In this document: positions 25,001-35,732 of the stretch, piece after piece
How the letters are laid out: each line of letters begins with the position of its first letter
Numbering within the stretch: position 1 is the stretch's first letter
Assembly (NCBI GenBank): GCA_963924565.1
Contig: OZ004608.1
Coordinates: forward strand, 16,616,001-16,680,000
Origin: Ascidiella aspersa
Taxonomy: Eukaryota
Reading direction: 5' to 3'
DNA: 64,000 bases
Notes under the pieces: generated by a model
What the model saw: the letters and a program-made list of their open reading frames with translations, nothing else
Database searches by the model: none
Told to the model about the DNA's origin: nothing
Made by a program: the position numbers and the translations under genes

Positions 25001-28000
25001 CATCTGAAAATGAGTGAGTATGCATGGTTTTCCTTTTGAGGCTGACTGTTTGCAGGGAATTTGATGTTTTTCTTAAAATCAATGCCGCTTTTTGACAGCA
25101 ACAATAAGGGTGAAATAACAAAAAGAAAGCTTATAGGCCGATAATGGACCTTTTTTATTCAATTCAAATTAGTATAAAACACACGCCATCAATTTTAGAC
25201 GGGTTACTTTCTTTATCGGCCGACGGATGACAGTATTTGTTTGTGATATGCCAGTTGGAAAGTACACACTTACCACCTTCCTGTTTAGCTTCGCTTAGCG
25301 GACAGTGTGCTTGTTAAGCAGAACAGGCGTTTTCTGCGCCGGGTCGGTGGGGAAATTGCGCAACACAATGGGAATTGATCGGTTTTGATGCCGAAAAGGA
25401 CCAGCGATGATGTCACTGGCGGGTCGCAACATCACGCCGAAATTTTCCACCCGAAAATACCTTTCTGGCACAGGCAGCTCGCCTGCTAGCTGACGTGTTT
25501 ACCAAACACAGTGTTGAGCAGCAAATGGTACGGCGCTTGATGAATGGGCAACATCCTGAGAGCTGGCGCTGCTCTCATCGGTAGCTTGGGAGGCCCCTTC
25601 TGCACCTCCCGATGTTGATCATCGCTTATAAGCTAGGAGCGTTGCTGACGTGCACCGATGTTGTTGCTGTTGCTGTTGCTGTTGTTGGTGTTTGCGGAAG
25701 CCCGTGCATCATTTCTCTGTCGGCCAGTTCCATTAAAGCACACGTATTCGGCCCCCTTAATCTCTCGTTTCTTCTGCCTCGACTGGAAACCTTTTTGCTG
25801 TGTTAACCCCTACAAACTGAAGCTGATTATAGAACGTTGCATTAAACTAAAATTGACGCTAATTTATATCGAACTGCATGTTCGTTATTCTCACAAAAAA
25901 GCAATAATAGCAACAATATTTTTAACCCTTAATTTGTGGCTTATCGCGGTAACTACCGTAACGTGTTTTTGGATAAATGCGTTGGGAATGGTTGAAAACA
26001 CTACAATCAATAGAATTGAATAGATAAATGGATTTTATTTTGCTGAAAATGCCTTTCTTGTGAGATCGGCCGGTATACCGATACCCAATTTTTTACGCTT
26101 TTTCCAACCGATACCTGATACCGCTACCGATTTTTTACATAGCCTACCTTAAATATAGTAATAACTTAAATTAATTGAAAATAAAATGCAACTAACATTT
26201 CCAATTTAATCATAGAAAACTGAATAAATGCAAACCCGAGACAAACTTGCAACTTTAAAAGATAGGAAATTTGTTTGTTGTCGGAAAAAGGTATATCATA
26301 TATTTTTATACTAAAATCTCGGCAACAATAATGGACGAAATTTACCGACACCGATTTGTCGGTAGGAAACGAATATCGGCCAATACTATCGGTAAACCGA
26401 TATATAGGCCTTTTTTTAATATAGACCCATTCGAACTTGTCAAAACATAAACCCTTTATTTAATCTTTTAATTTTCCACACTTCATTCTTTTATTGCTTT
26501 GTCTCAAATAACAAACGCGCTGAAGAGGTTACATGCAAGTTTCACATTTGTAAACACAAACAAAATTATATCTCGGATGGATCTATCTCTGCTATAAAAG
26601 ATTGTAGTTGCAAAACATTTAAATTGGATTGTTGTTTTTCATCAATAAAATCTCTCGCGAAAACGGGTTTTGAGGTTCCAAAATCGGATGCTAAATATTT
26701 ATAAAAAACACAAATTTCTGACAATAGATAAAAGAGTATTTTCTACCAAGGCAAGAGTTCTAAGAATCCAAGATTTCATTTATGGTGACTATTAAGAAAT
26801 TTACTTTTTTCGTAGACTATATAAGTCGGTATGTAATAGTTTTATGACACACTAAAAGCGTTTCATTGTTTCCAAGCTGTTGCATACATATCGACCCAAT
26901 CTATCTGAGAAAAATGTAAGCGTTGCTGCATTCTACCTTTGTATTTCTAATCCCGGAAGGTGGTAACGTTCGCTACGTCGCACGTCCCTCGCTTTACCCC
27001 TTAAACGCATCCCAAACACATTCTACAATTAGAAACTTCTAAATTAAATTAAGTTGTTTTAATTCTGAGCAATATCATTTTGAGACTGAGCCTTGAAGTG
27101 CTTTTCCTGTACACCGCCGCCCATATCCGTCCGAATGGTTGAAAAAAGATGCGAGGCGAATTACCATAGGACTTTAACTAATAGCCATTGAACTTTCTAC
27201 ATGTCTATTTGCTACATAACTATATTATTTTATTAAGATACGTCCCGCGGTACACTTGCAAATCTATCGGGGCGTACTGATGTGCTGTGGCATACGGTTG
27301 AGTACCATGGCTTAAAGTTCAGAGAGGGTGTAGCATAATACGCCGTCATTAAATTACAAAGACGTAATCGATTCACGCAAAAAGAGGGAAAATTGAAAGA
27401 GATCATTGTCCGCCTTTGTTACTTCAAATTGGCAGGAATATAACTTGTTGACCAAATATTAAAAGCTAATCTCATGACCCCATATTTGTCGCTGTTTTCA
27501 CCCATTCAAGTCACGCTGTTCTACAGGTCAAAGAGTTCAACCTGCTTTTGCGAAAAGCACGGAAGACTGTTGAGGACGACTTGCTGTATTGACAAATGTG
27601 TCGATCAAAAGTTTAAATAAAATACAACGCAAACGCGTCCAATGTGGCTGATTTTTCTAAATCAACAAATTCTGTCTTATTTATGGTTGAGAAAGTTATT
27701 GTATTGTTATCCATCTTGACACACTGACGACAAGTGGATTTTGTTAATGTGAAAGTTCAACATACCGTCCGTGTAAATCTGTACAGATGTGGACCAAATT
27801 GATTTTGAAAAGGCAGCAAAATGCCGTTACTGGTTTACCTCTTTAGTGTAATAAATGTATCTAGAATGTTTCACACTTCCACCCTTCATCGCTTAGGCTT
27901 TCATATATTTATTTTGGTGTTGCCTGGTATCAAAACGGTGTTGCTGGCGGTAACTTCAAGGGGATTAAAACTAGGATCAACGTGGAAATCTTAGTATTTG

Positions 28001-31000
28001 AATTCACAAATAAAGATATTATTTTAAGAGAATGAACTTAAAGCAGACAAACAGTTTTTACAACAAAATTGCAACTCTTCCTATAACCCTTGTATTACTA
28101 TATCTCGTTAATAAGTTAGCTGAAATCCTACTGTCTAAAACAATAATACGTTCGCCTGTTGATTTGGATTGAATTGTGGAGCACCTTGAAGGCGAAAATA
28201 TAAGGGTTTGTGTTAAAATAAATTAAAAAAACGTTACTTTTGAGGTAGACTTTTTTAAACTCATTTTTAGTTTTGGAATCGTAAACACTTAAGATCATGA
28301 CCAAAATCCATGACCAGGGGCGGCAAATTTAAGCACGGTAGTTGCCCAATACTTGTCACCCAGCTGTAAGCCAAAAATGGTCTGTTCAGAAAAAAAACAG
28401 AGAAACTGATACGCGAACATTATGGAAAGGTGGTGTTAACTAACTCATGAATGCAGCAGTAGATTTTGTTCGCTTGGGAGCTGTTCCCAGTCCCCGATTG
28501 TGTATATAATCGCTCAAAACTCGCGCGTGTCTCCTGTGCATTGGGTGTCGTCATCGCGGGTGCTCTGCTTGTCTTACCTTTTTGTCGTTGGATGGTAGTT
28601 AATGAGAAACAAAGTTACCTGGTATATGCGCGTCACTCTGTCGCAACACAGTGCTGCGCAGAGCAAGCGCTCGCTCGATGTCGACGATCTTCCGGCTTGG
28701 CCAGCATAAAGCTAACACAAGAGAAGAGGTGCGTTTATTAGTTTGGTCGCAAACTGGCTGAGCGGTCATGCAGCTGGGCCATTGACTTTAGTTGTCAAGC
28801 TAGTTAAGGGTTGCTTTTTGTTGGAATTGGCGAAATCGGGTCATTATTTGGTGAATTAGTATTCTTGTGAGGTTTTAGGGTCGATATTATTGCATTAAAT
28901 GCACATGTGCTTGCAAACGTAGGCTTTTTAAAAAAAATATTGATCGGACTGTATAATTCTTATTGGGCTATGTCGTTAATATAATTTCTTATTGGGCTAG
29001 TCGATAAGATTAGTCACTTCTATCACTTTCTAAATTGAAGAAAATTAATCTTCCTATATCTTTCAAATCATTGGGTCCAACTAAGAAAGTTAAACGGTGA
29101 ATGTAGATTGCGTTATACTTATTAGTTTGGCATTTAACCTTATTCAAAAGCCTGAAAACGTCCTTGGCAATGTACATTCTGAAATTCTTGGGGTTAGGGT
29201 ATTGAGAGGTCAAACATATTTTGAACGGAATCGTGTCGAACACTGCACGGGTAGAAGAATTTAGTTTTTTAGTCTTAGCATAATTAGTAGGCTAAAGTCG
29301 GTTCTATCTTGTGCCCAAGCGGCATCTGTGCCGGGGACGCGTATGGCTGCGTCCATGCGATGACGCTCGTGATAGCAATATCATCGAAGCGGAAGCCGCA
29401 GACGAGGGAATCCTCACCAACGCCCCCGCTCAACCAATTGGCTCTAACAAAACAAAGACCGGCGCCACTAACGTTCGACATTCCATACTGTTATATATAA
29501 AAAAAAATTCTACGAAGTATATGTTCTTCTCGTATAGAAACGGGGGTATTAACGGTGCCGAAAAACAACTTTGTCTACTTTTTCGTTAATCTGGCTTTAT
29601 TCTTGGAATCGTTTTACCATGAACAAACTTGTATATGTCGTGTATGAATGATTAAAACGCTATTTGTCTTATAACATACTTGTAGCACTTTATAGGATTT
29701 TAATTAGGTCGTAACGCCCCAATTTTTTAAGTAACAGATACCCTAGTCGCGTCTTGTTCTCGAGGTGCTTTTCTGCTTTGTTTCTGCAACATACGCTTCC
29801 CCTTTGCGCATCCTGTTCATCGTCGTTCCAACCCGAGCCTCATTAGCGCGCAGCCAGCTTTCATTAAGGAATGGTTGCCTCGCCGTAGGAAGAGTGCTAT
29901 AATTAAGTGTTAACCGGCAGTCGACAATCTAGGAATTCCATAGGACGCGTTGTATTTTGTTTGGATCGTTTTATTACAATTTTAAAGTGAAACGTTTTAT
30001 GTATAATAGTGGGAGTTTTATCTCAATGATATTGGCGTTTGGTTTAATTTAAAATGTCTCGTCGTTTTAGAATTTTTATTATAAACCCTATAGGGCTGTT
30101 AGTGTTTGTTCGTCATTACTTAGTCACTTTAGACGCGCATGGAATGTGTTTTTAGCTCACACTATGTGCCGACCGAATTTGAGTGTCCATCTATTCTGGC
30201 TAATAGCATCGTTGGTCCGCTTCTAGTCTTATGTAGCAGTCCTCGTCTTGGTGGAAGTTTCAGCATTTATAGCAACAGATTGACGGTTGCTTGGTCTTGT
30301 TTCTGGAGCAACCGGTTAGCGCAGAGAAATGATTCACAGTCGCCGGTGGCGAGATCTATTGTGGTGCAGCGGAGACTTGGCGACAGTAGCTCAAACATGG
30401 TCTTGACTGTTTGCTACTATCACCAAGATCGGCGCTGTTATGTTAGTTCGTCCTCGCTTGCGGCCCACCTTAAGCGACATTCATGAGTCTAGGTAGCTAA
30501 TATTGTTAAAAATATAACTGCGACTTCGTCTTAACAGGTATGTTAACTCGACTATTTTCATCACATTGTTTTGCTTCTTTTGGTATAACGTATTACCTTC
30601 CTATGCCTTAGTAATATTTTTTTCCGAATATTTTTTTAATAGCTGTCCGATTTCGTCACAAAGGGTCATATTTGAATGCTTATGTGTATTTCTAATACTT
30701 TATCAAACCTACAAATATGCATATTTTCTATAATATTATTTTTGTCTTCAGGTCCGCAACCTGGGTGGAATCGAGCTGATCCTTGACAACTTCCAATTAG
30801 ATGATACCAACCCTTGTATCCTTTCTGATTCGCGTAGTTAACATTTTTCCGTTTGTTGTACGTTTAAAATACAGATTTTAAGATTGACTGTCGCCTTAAA
30901 ATACGGTAAAACGAAAACATCTCCTGTTATAGTTTATAAACCAAACGAGTTTTGGTAATTACGTTGCGTACACCTAAAAAGTTTTGCCTTGATCTACCGA

Positions 31001-32110
31001 CTTTGTTAACTTTGTCATGACGTGCAAAGAGCTTTATTCATAAATCTTTAGATTGATGATGGGCGCTGGCCTATATTAACATTCTCAGGTTACCCTACGA
31101 TCGTCAGCACGCGATCTATGTATAACGCAAACCATGCACATCTGGCCTACATTGCTCGATTGATGTTCTATTCGCTTTCTGACAGGAAAATTGTGCCTTT
31201 GTTTTGCCAAGGTTCTAATATGTGTATACACACCGTCTAATCAAAGCCAGAATGCTCGCTAATTCGATTTAACAAAGTTATAATTGAATTCGCAAATATT
31301 CGCGAATTGTTTCACGATGACTACCAGTGCTCGCGCAGATTCTCTGCAAATCGGTTTTGGGTATGCCTAACCTCATTACCTACTTTTGTTTTGCAATATC
31401 ATTATGCTTGATGGTTAAAAAGGATCCGCGCATAGGCAGACAAACATACAGGCCCGAGAATAATTTGATGTTCCCTATTCTTTCATATAAACGTATAAAC
31501 AACTTGGTCCACTTGCGATTAATTTTAAGAAACAGATTCGGAAGGCTTGTGTACCGATCTTGCTGAAAAAGATAACGTAATGCCATATTTCAATTATAAT
31601 TTGATTATATTCCTTTACAAACTACCTTTTAACTGCGTTGCCAGTTATTCGTCAGTGGTCAATTTGCGCCATAAGAAACCTATGCGAAGACAACCCTGAA
31701 AACCAGGTCAGTTCCCCTCAGGTTTTGCTAAGCTTATTTTATATTTTGCTTTTTTATCGCAATGCTTGGTTTTAGATCAAACAACATAAGAAGTATGCTG
31801 CTGTAAATATATTCGCTTTGCGGTATTCCGACCTTTAGTAATTAGTCCCCTTGTTTTCCCTACTTTTCTTTATTTACTAACACCAAAATGGAGTAAGCAG
31901 AAAATAACAATAGGTATCGCAGGAATAAACCAAACCGTCTTTTAAACTATTTCATGAATGCAACCAATGCAGATATTCATGCAAACCGCACACTATATTG
32001 CAGATAAATAATCTTCAATTTTTCACACACAGGGCGTGGTTGCCAGTTTCGAGAAGATTTCGGCCAGCGAGATGCCCTTACTAACGCGGAGAAATCCCAG
32101 TCCGAGTTAA
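19012..32110 (+). CDS. ATXN10: Ataxin-10 (armadillo-repeat protein), ~418 aa
   Basis: Exons 19012-19047 (start tentative), 20942-21081, 21396-21469, 21538-21634, 22144-22317, 22726-22806, 22869-23031, 23173-23281, 23738-23916, 30752-30815, 31645-31706 and 32033-32110(TAA); phases sum correctly. Motifs IRLLRNFCV, QFMGNLVAGN, KLLEVLC, GFKSNLVRVIGNLCHRNRTNQNK, VRNLGGIELILD...DDTNPFIRQWSICAIRNLCEDNPENQ match the ataxin-10 family. AATAAA at 32457. Confidence 0.92.
19874..19978. repeat. 105-bp fold-back with 26-bp inverted arms (small MITE or hairpin) in ATXN10 intron 1
   Basis: GATTTATTGCTAAAGCTGTGGACAGT and ACTGTCCACAGTTTTAGCAATAAATC match 25/26 as an inverted repeat. TA dinucleotides lie 1 nt outside each arm. 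Confidence 0.8.
21667..21975. mobile_element. Degenerate copy of the CAAGT-repeat hAT family
   Basis: TAGTGTT...CAAGTCATTT...AAGTCCAAGTTAAG...GACTTGAGTTAAGTCATTACAAAACTG is co-linear with 58674-59209. Confidence 0.7.
23650..23708. mobile_element. Charlie-type hAT end remnant just upstream of an ATXN10 acceptor
   Basis: The minus strand reads CAGGGGTGAGCAACTTGCGTCCAC..., a typical Charlie-like terminus; the other end was not identified. Confidence 0.4.
26060..26412. mobile_element. Degenerate hAT-like element with ACCGAT/ATCGG subterminal repeats
   Basis: Starts GAGATCGGCCGGTATACCGATACC; clusters of ACCGATA/ATCGG at both ends flank an AT-rich centre. TIR and TSD are decayed. Confidence 0.55.
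27245..27310. mobile_element. Remnant related to the right end of the 1185-1338 MITE
   Basis: ...GTGCTGTGGCATACGGTTGAGTACCATGG resembles ...GCCGCGGCACCCGGTTGAGAACCACTG. Confidence 0.4.
30816..31644 (+). other. U12-type (minor spliceosome) GT-AG intron of ATXN10
   Basis: 5' splice site GTATCCTTT matches the U12 consensus. Branch-like TTCCTTTAC (31610-31618) and CCTTTTAAC (31625-31633) lie close to the AG, with no polypyrimidine tract. Removing the intron restores NP|FIRQW in frame. Confidence 0.9.
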
Positions 32111-32534
32111 CATCACACGCGACAACTCAACAGCGCCATCTGTCTCAAAACAGCTCCGTCACGTTATTTTCTATCCTTGGTGGCAAAACAACGCAGTGTG
32201 CTATCGCAGCTCGCAGCACAGATATGCTTCCTTCCTTGTTTGCTTATGGATGTTGCTGAACGCTTGTATAGGCAACAGCCTCATCCGGTATTACACCGTC
32301 ACAACATTTCGTTTGTGAAGCATTGTACTTTGACCGTACAACAATACTGATTTGCGACTAACTTTGTTCCTTCATAGGCAAGAGTCCTAGCCTTATTTCA
32401 ACATTTCTAGATAACTCTTTATTATGTTTTAAAATCTTTGTGTTGTGTGCTTCGAAAATAAACCAACCGCCCAGCCCTAGAGCGTGTCATGTCTATATCT
32501 ATAGTCTTTACCATAATCTAGTAATACTTTAGTT

Positions 32535-33742
32535 CAGTGGTCTTCAACCATTTTAAAAAGCGAAAAAAATGCGGTTTCCTGCACCCGCTGTCATTTCTGT
32601 AAATTCTTTCGTAACACGGCGGAGCAGCTAAGGAAAATTTATGATAGATAAAAGGATCTATTATCCAGTCTTGTTGAACGGCGTCAGGCTGTCGCCATAG
32701 TAATGCTGAATTTGTTTTCTGAGTTCCTTAAGGTGTTTAAGTATGGTATTTGGACAGACACATGTCTATTGACTATGTATTGCTGTTATTCTGGAAACAT
32801 GTCAAACTCATTTCTCTTTACATAACTTTGCCACAAGATAAGTTTTTTTTGTAAAAAGCAGTAATTTTGGCAATGTGATCAATTTGCATAAATGTATTTA
32901 AACAACTCACCGAAAGTATGTCGGCTAAGTAAGCCACGTTTGCCATGACGGACGAAGTTGTTTAGCCAAGGCTAAATAATTCTGTTTGTTAAAAAACAAA
33001 ATAATTCCTTTCGCAGTTTGTAAACTCGCTTGACTCGATCACGTGATAACTAACGCATTTCTGTGTGTAATAACAGTCCTGTGTGACAAGCGCCCATCTC
33101 ATCACACAAACAAAGAAATAAGTGCTGGTTTAGTGGTCTCAGCTTTAATATAGTTGACACACTTTGTGCATTATGCAGTTGATCAGATATTTTTTTAGTA
33201 TGTGTGGTTTGTTTGTGCAAAATCCATTTCGGATTTGGTGCTTGTCCTGAACTCTTTTTACCACTCCCGAATTAATACCAGTAAATGCTGCAGCATCATC
33301 GGTACAAACAAAATAGATTTACCAGCTGACAAGCAAACTAAACAGCCGATGACTGTGTCCTCATTGTCACAAAAATAAGATATTTGATTATTGAACCATA
33401 ATCTGTTTTGCGAAGTCCGCAATATTTTTACCTTTAATTGAGTAAATTAAAAATGTAGCTATCTGCAAACCACGTTGTCCAAGTTTAGCGACAAAAAGTT
33501 GTCTTCCTAATTGAACCTAATTATGTGAAATGTTACGTTAGCTGATTTAGCAGCTCTCAAGAGCTAAAAACATTGATTTTATGTAAAAAACGAAAGCTTG
33601 TCTCCGCTATGCATGCATTGTAAAGAAAACAAAAATACATAAATCGTACTAAAACAGCAGAAATATGATGAGTTCATGGCGACCCCACAAAAATTTAAGG
33701 CGACCCCACTCGGGGTCGCGACCCATAGGTTGGAGACCACTG
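32535..33742. mobile_element. Non-autonomous Charlie-type hAT element, 1208 bp
   Basis: TIRs CAGTGGTCTTCAACC / GGTTGGAGACCACTG (14/15). Perfect TSD CTTTAGTT. Subterminal GGCGACCCC repeats. Confidence 0.9.
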
Positions 33743-33932
33743 CTTTAGTTGATGATTAATAAAATGTAATATAAAGTAAATCTACTTATAAAAATTGTAC
33801 TTAAGGTGGCATTGTGTTCTAAACCAGTGCTCCGCAACCGGTGTGCCGCGAGACCATGCCAGGTGTGCCGCGACGTTCTTGGAGAACGTTGCGTTTTTAA
33901 GGACACTCTTCAATAATTATAATCAGTCGAAT

Positions 33933-34255
33933 AAGTCCTAAGTTCATGGGAATACGGCCTAAATGGACAAAATAACGCTTGAACTGTAGGGAGAGTGTAT
34001 TAGACGACCGGGGGTCATTGGTCTGGCATCGGATGATTTGGTGTCGACGTTTCGACTCCTTTAGTTTGAATAAGCATTGGCTTGTTTGCCCCTGTTTGGT
34101 GTTATTGGTGGGTTATGGGTTGGGTTAGAAATTAAGGTATGGTTGGAGATAGGTGAAGTTAGTAATGGAATTAGGGGTGTGGTTTAAGGTCAGCGAAAAT
34201 ATTGTATAGGCCTTATTCTAGCTATTTAGGTCTTATTCCCACGGGTTTAGGACTT
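33933..34255. mobile_element. Inverted-repeat-bounded element with a telomere-like core, nested in 33825-35080
   Basis: 33933-33964 and 34224-34255 are inverted repeats (26/32). They enclose degenerate GGGTTA/TTAGGG-like repeats at ~34109-34190. Confidence 0.55.
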
Positions 34256-34417
34256 TCCGATTTAGACATTTTCACGACAGTTTGATATTATTTTGGTCTT
34301 ATTGCGAACTGTGTTTTACCTCGAGGTAAAACGTTTTTATACCTCGTTTTTACCTCGAGGTAGTGTTGTTTTACTTTCGATTTATGGATGGAGTCCCTTA
34401 TTGGTCGATATTTAGGA

Positions 34418-34863
34418 CAGGGGTCGGGAACCTATGGCTCTTTTTGTGACCACATATGGCTCTTTTGATGAACAAATTTTGCTTGCAGAAAAATCTAAGC
34501 TATTGTTTCTTAGCATGATCTCAATTAAAACTGGATGCGGCCACGGCGGCTTTCCTTACCTTATTTTACCTATTTTTACACACAGTAGCAAATTTTCGGC
34601 GCTTCGCGCGAATTCTATTTGTTGTTAAGGACTGTTATCCCGTTTGAAGGTGTCTCTTATTATCCAAAAGCCCCTATTTTTTCAACGAAACTTTGTAATC
34701 AAAGTTGTACAAACTTAGCTTTAAATGAGAACAAAATAAACGGCCCTGCTCAGTTTACTATTTTTTGCTGGATGTTAAAAAATATTATATGGCTCTCATG
34801 GAAATACAACTAAGCATATTTGGCTTTTATGGCTCCCTTGGCTAAAAAGGTTCCTGACCCCCG
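34418..34863. mobile_element. Nested Charlie-type hAT MITE, 446 bp
   Basis: TIRs CAGGGGTCGGGAACCT / AGGTTCCTGACCCCCG (14/16). TSD ATTTAGGA / TTTTAGGA (7/8). ATGGCTC subterminal repeats. Confidence 0.85.
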
Positions 34864-35166
34864 TTTTAGGAAGATCGTAAAATAGCAAAATCAAAACATA
34901 AAAAATGTAATACATCAAATTTCCGGCGCGTTCAATCATTAATCGCTCCTTTATCTATGGGCTGCCTAGTATTTTTGCCTCTTTGTGTATTGTTGATCTT
35001 CATATATTTCGTAGGTGTGCCGCCAAATTTTATTTAGCTCTGTTGGTGTGCCGCAAGTGAAAAAAGGTTGCGCATCACTGCTCTAGACAAATAAGCCATT
35101 TTGTTTAGATCATGACGTTTGTAGTGTAAGACGCACAAAAATGTCTGCATATTTTATGTCTCACAA

Positions 35167-35172
35167 TTTATT
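35167..35172 (-). terminator. Probable polyadenylation signal of Wnt7
   Basis: AATAAA on the - strand about 560 nt downstream of the Wnt7 stop, just before the TE cluster. Confidence 0.55.
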
Positions 35173-35732
35173 AGGGTCATCTTCTCGGTACGTTTCCCGG
35201 CGTGAAGATCCGGTCGTAAAAATGTCAAGCAAAAATGGGAAAATATATAGAAAAGGTGAGCGCAGTGGCGAGTGAAGACAACGACGTGACATTAACAATA
35301 AAACAACATTAACCAAACGGTAAAATACTTAACAACATATTGCGCCGAGCATGCGCCAGGCGACGTATGACGAAAATATAAAATATTTTTTTATCAGAAC
35401 TAGAAAAAAGCACGCACACGAACGTATAGGCACTTCAACAAAAACTTCGTCTCGGTTTTTATAAATACACTGTAACTCGTTTTTAATGAAAAACGGCTCA
35501 AAAGTAGACTCCGGGCTGTGACCGTTGCAGTATAATGAACTGTCCGTGGGATGCTTAAGTCGCATTGAGCGAAAGCAGGGCGGTAGCACTCAAGCACCGT
35601 CATTACGCCAAAGTTGGAGTCCTTCTATCTTGGCTCTTTCCGTTGTCGGATTGCGCATTCGTCTTCCCGTCCCGAAGGCGTTTCCTGTCGGGAATTGCTT
35701 TCCGTCTTTGCTGCCGGTGAGTCCTATTGCTG

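Larger units (their letters stand above)
33825..35080. mobile_element. Non-autonomous Charlie-type hAT element carrying nested insertions
   Basis: TIRs CAGTGCTCCGCAACC / GGTTGCGCATCACTG (13/15). TSD TTCTAAAC / CTCTAGAC (6/8, NTCTAGAN-type target). GGTGTGCCGC subterminal repeats at both ends. Confidence 0.8.

Noticed and set aside
23917-30751. SCA10-like (ATTCT)n repeat in the homologous intron
   Set aside because: No such tandem array seen.
35175-35275. Possible alternative ATXN10 last exon (...VKMSSKNGKIY...)
   Set aside because: Wrong phase for the 31706 donor and inside the Wnt7 3' UTR; 32033-32110 fits in phase and has its own AATAAA.
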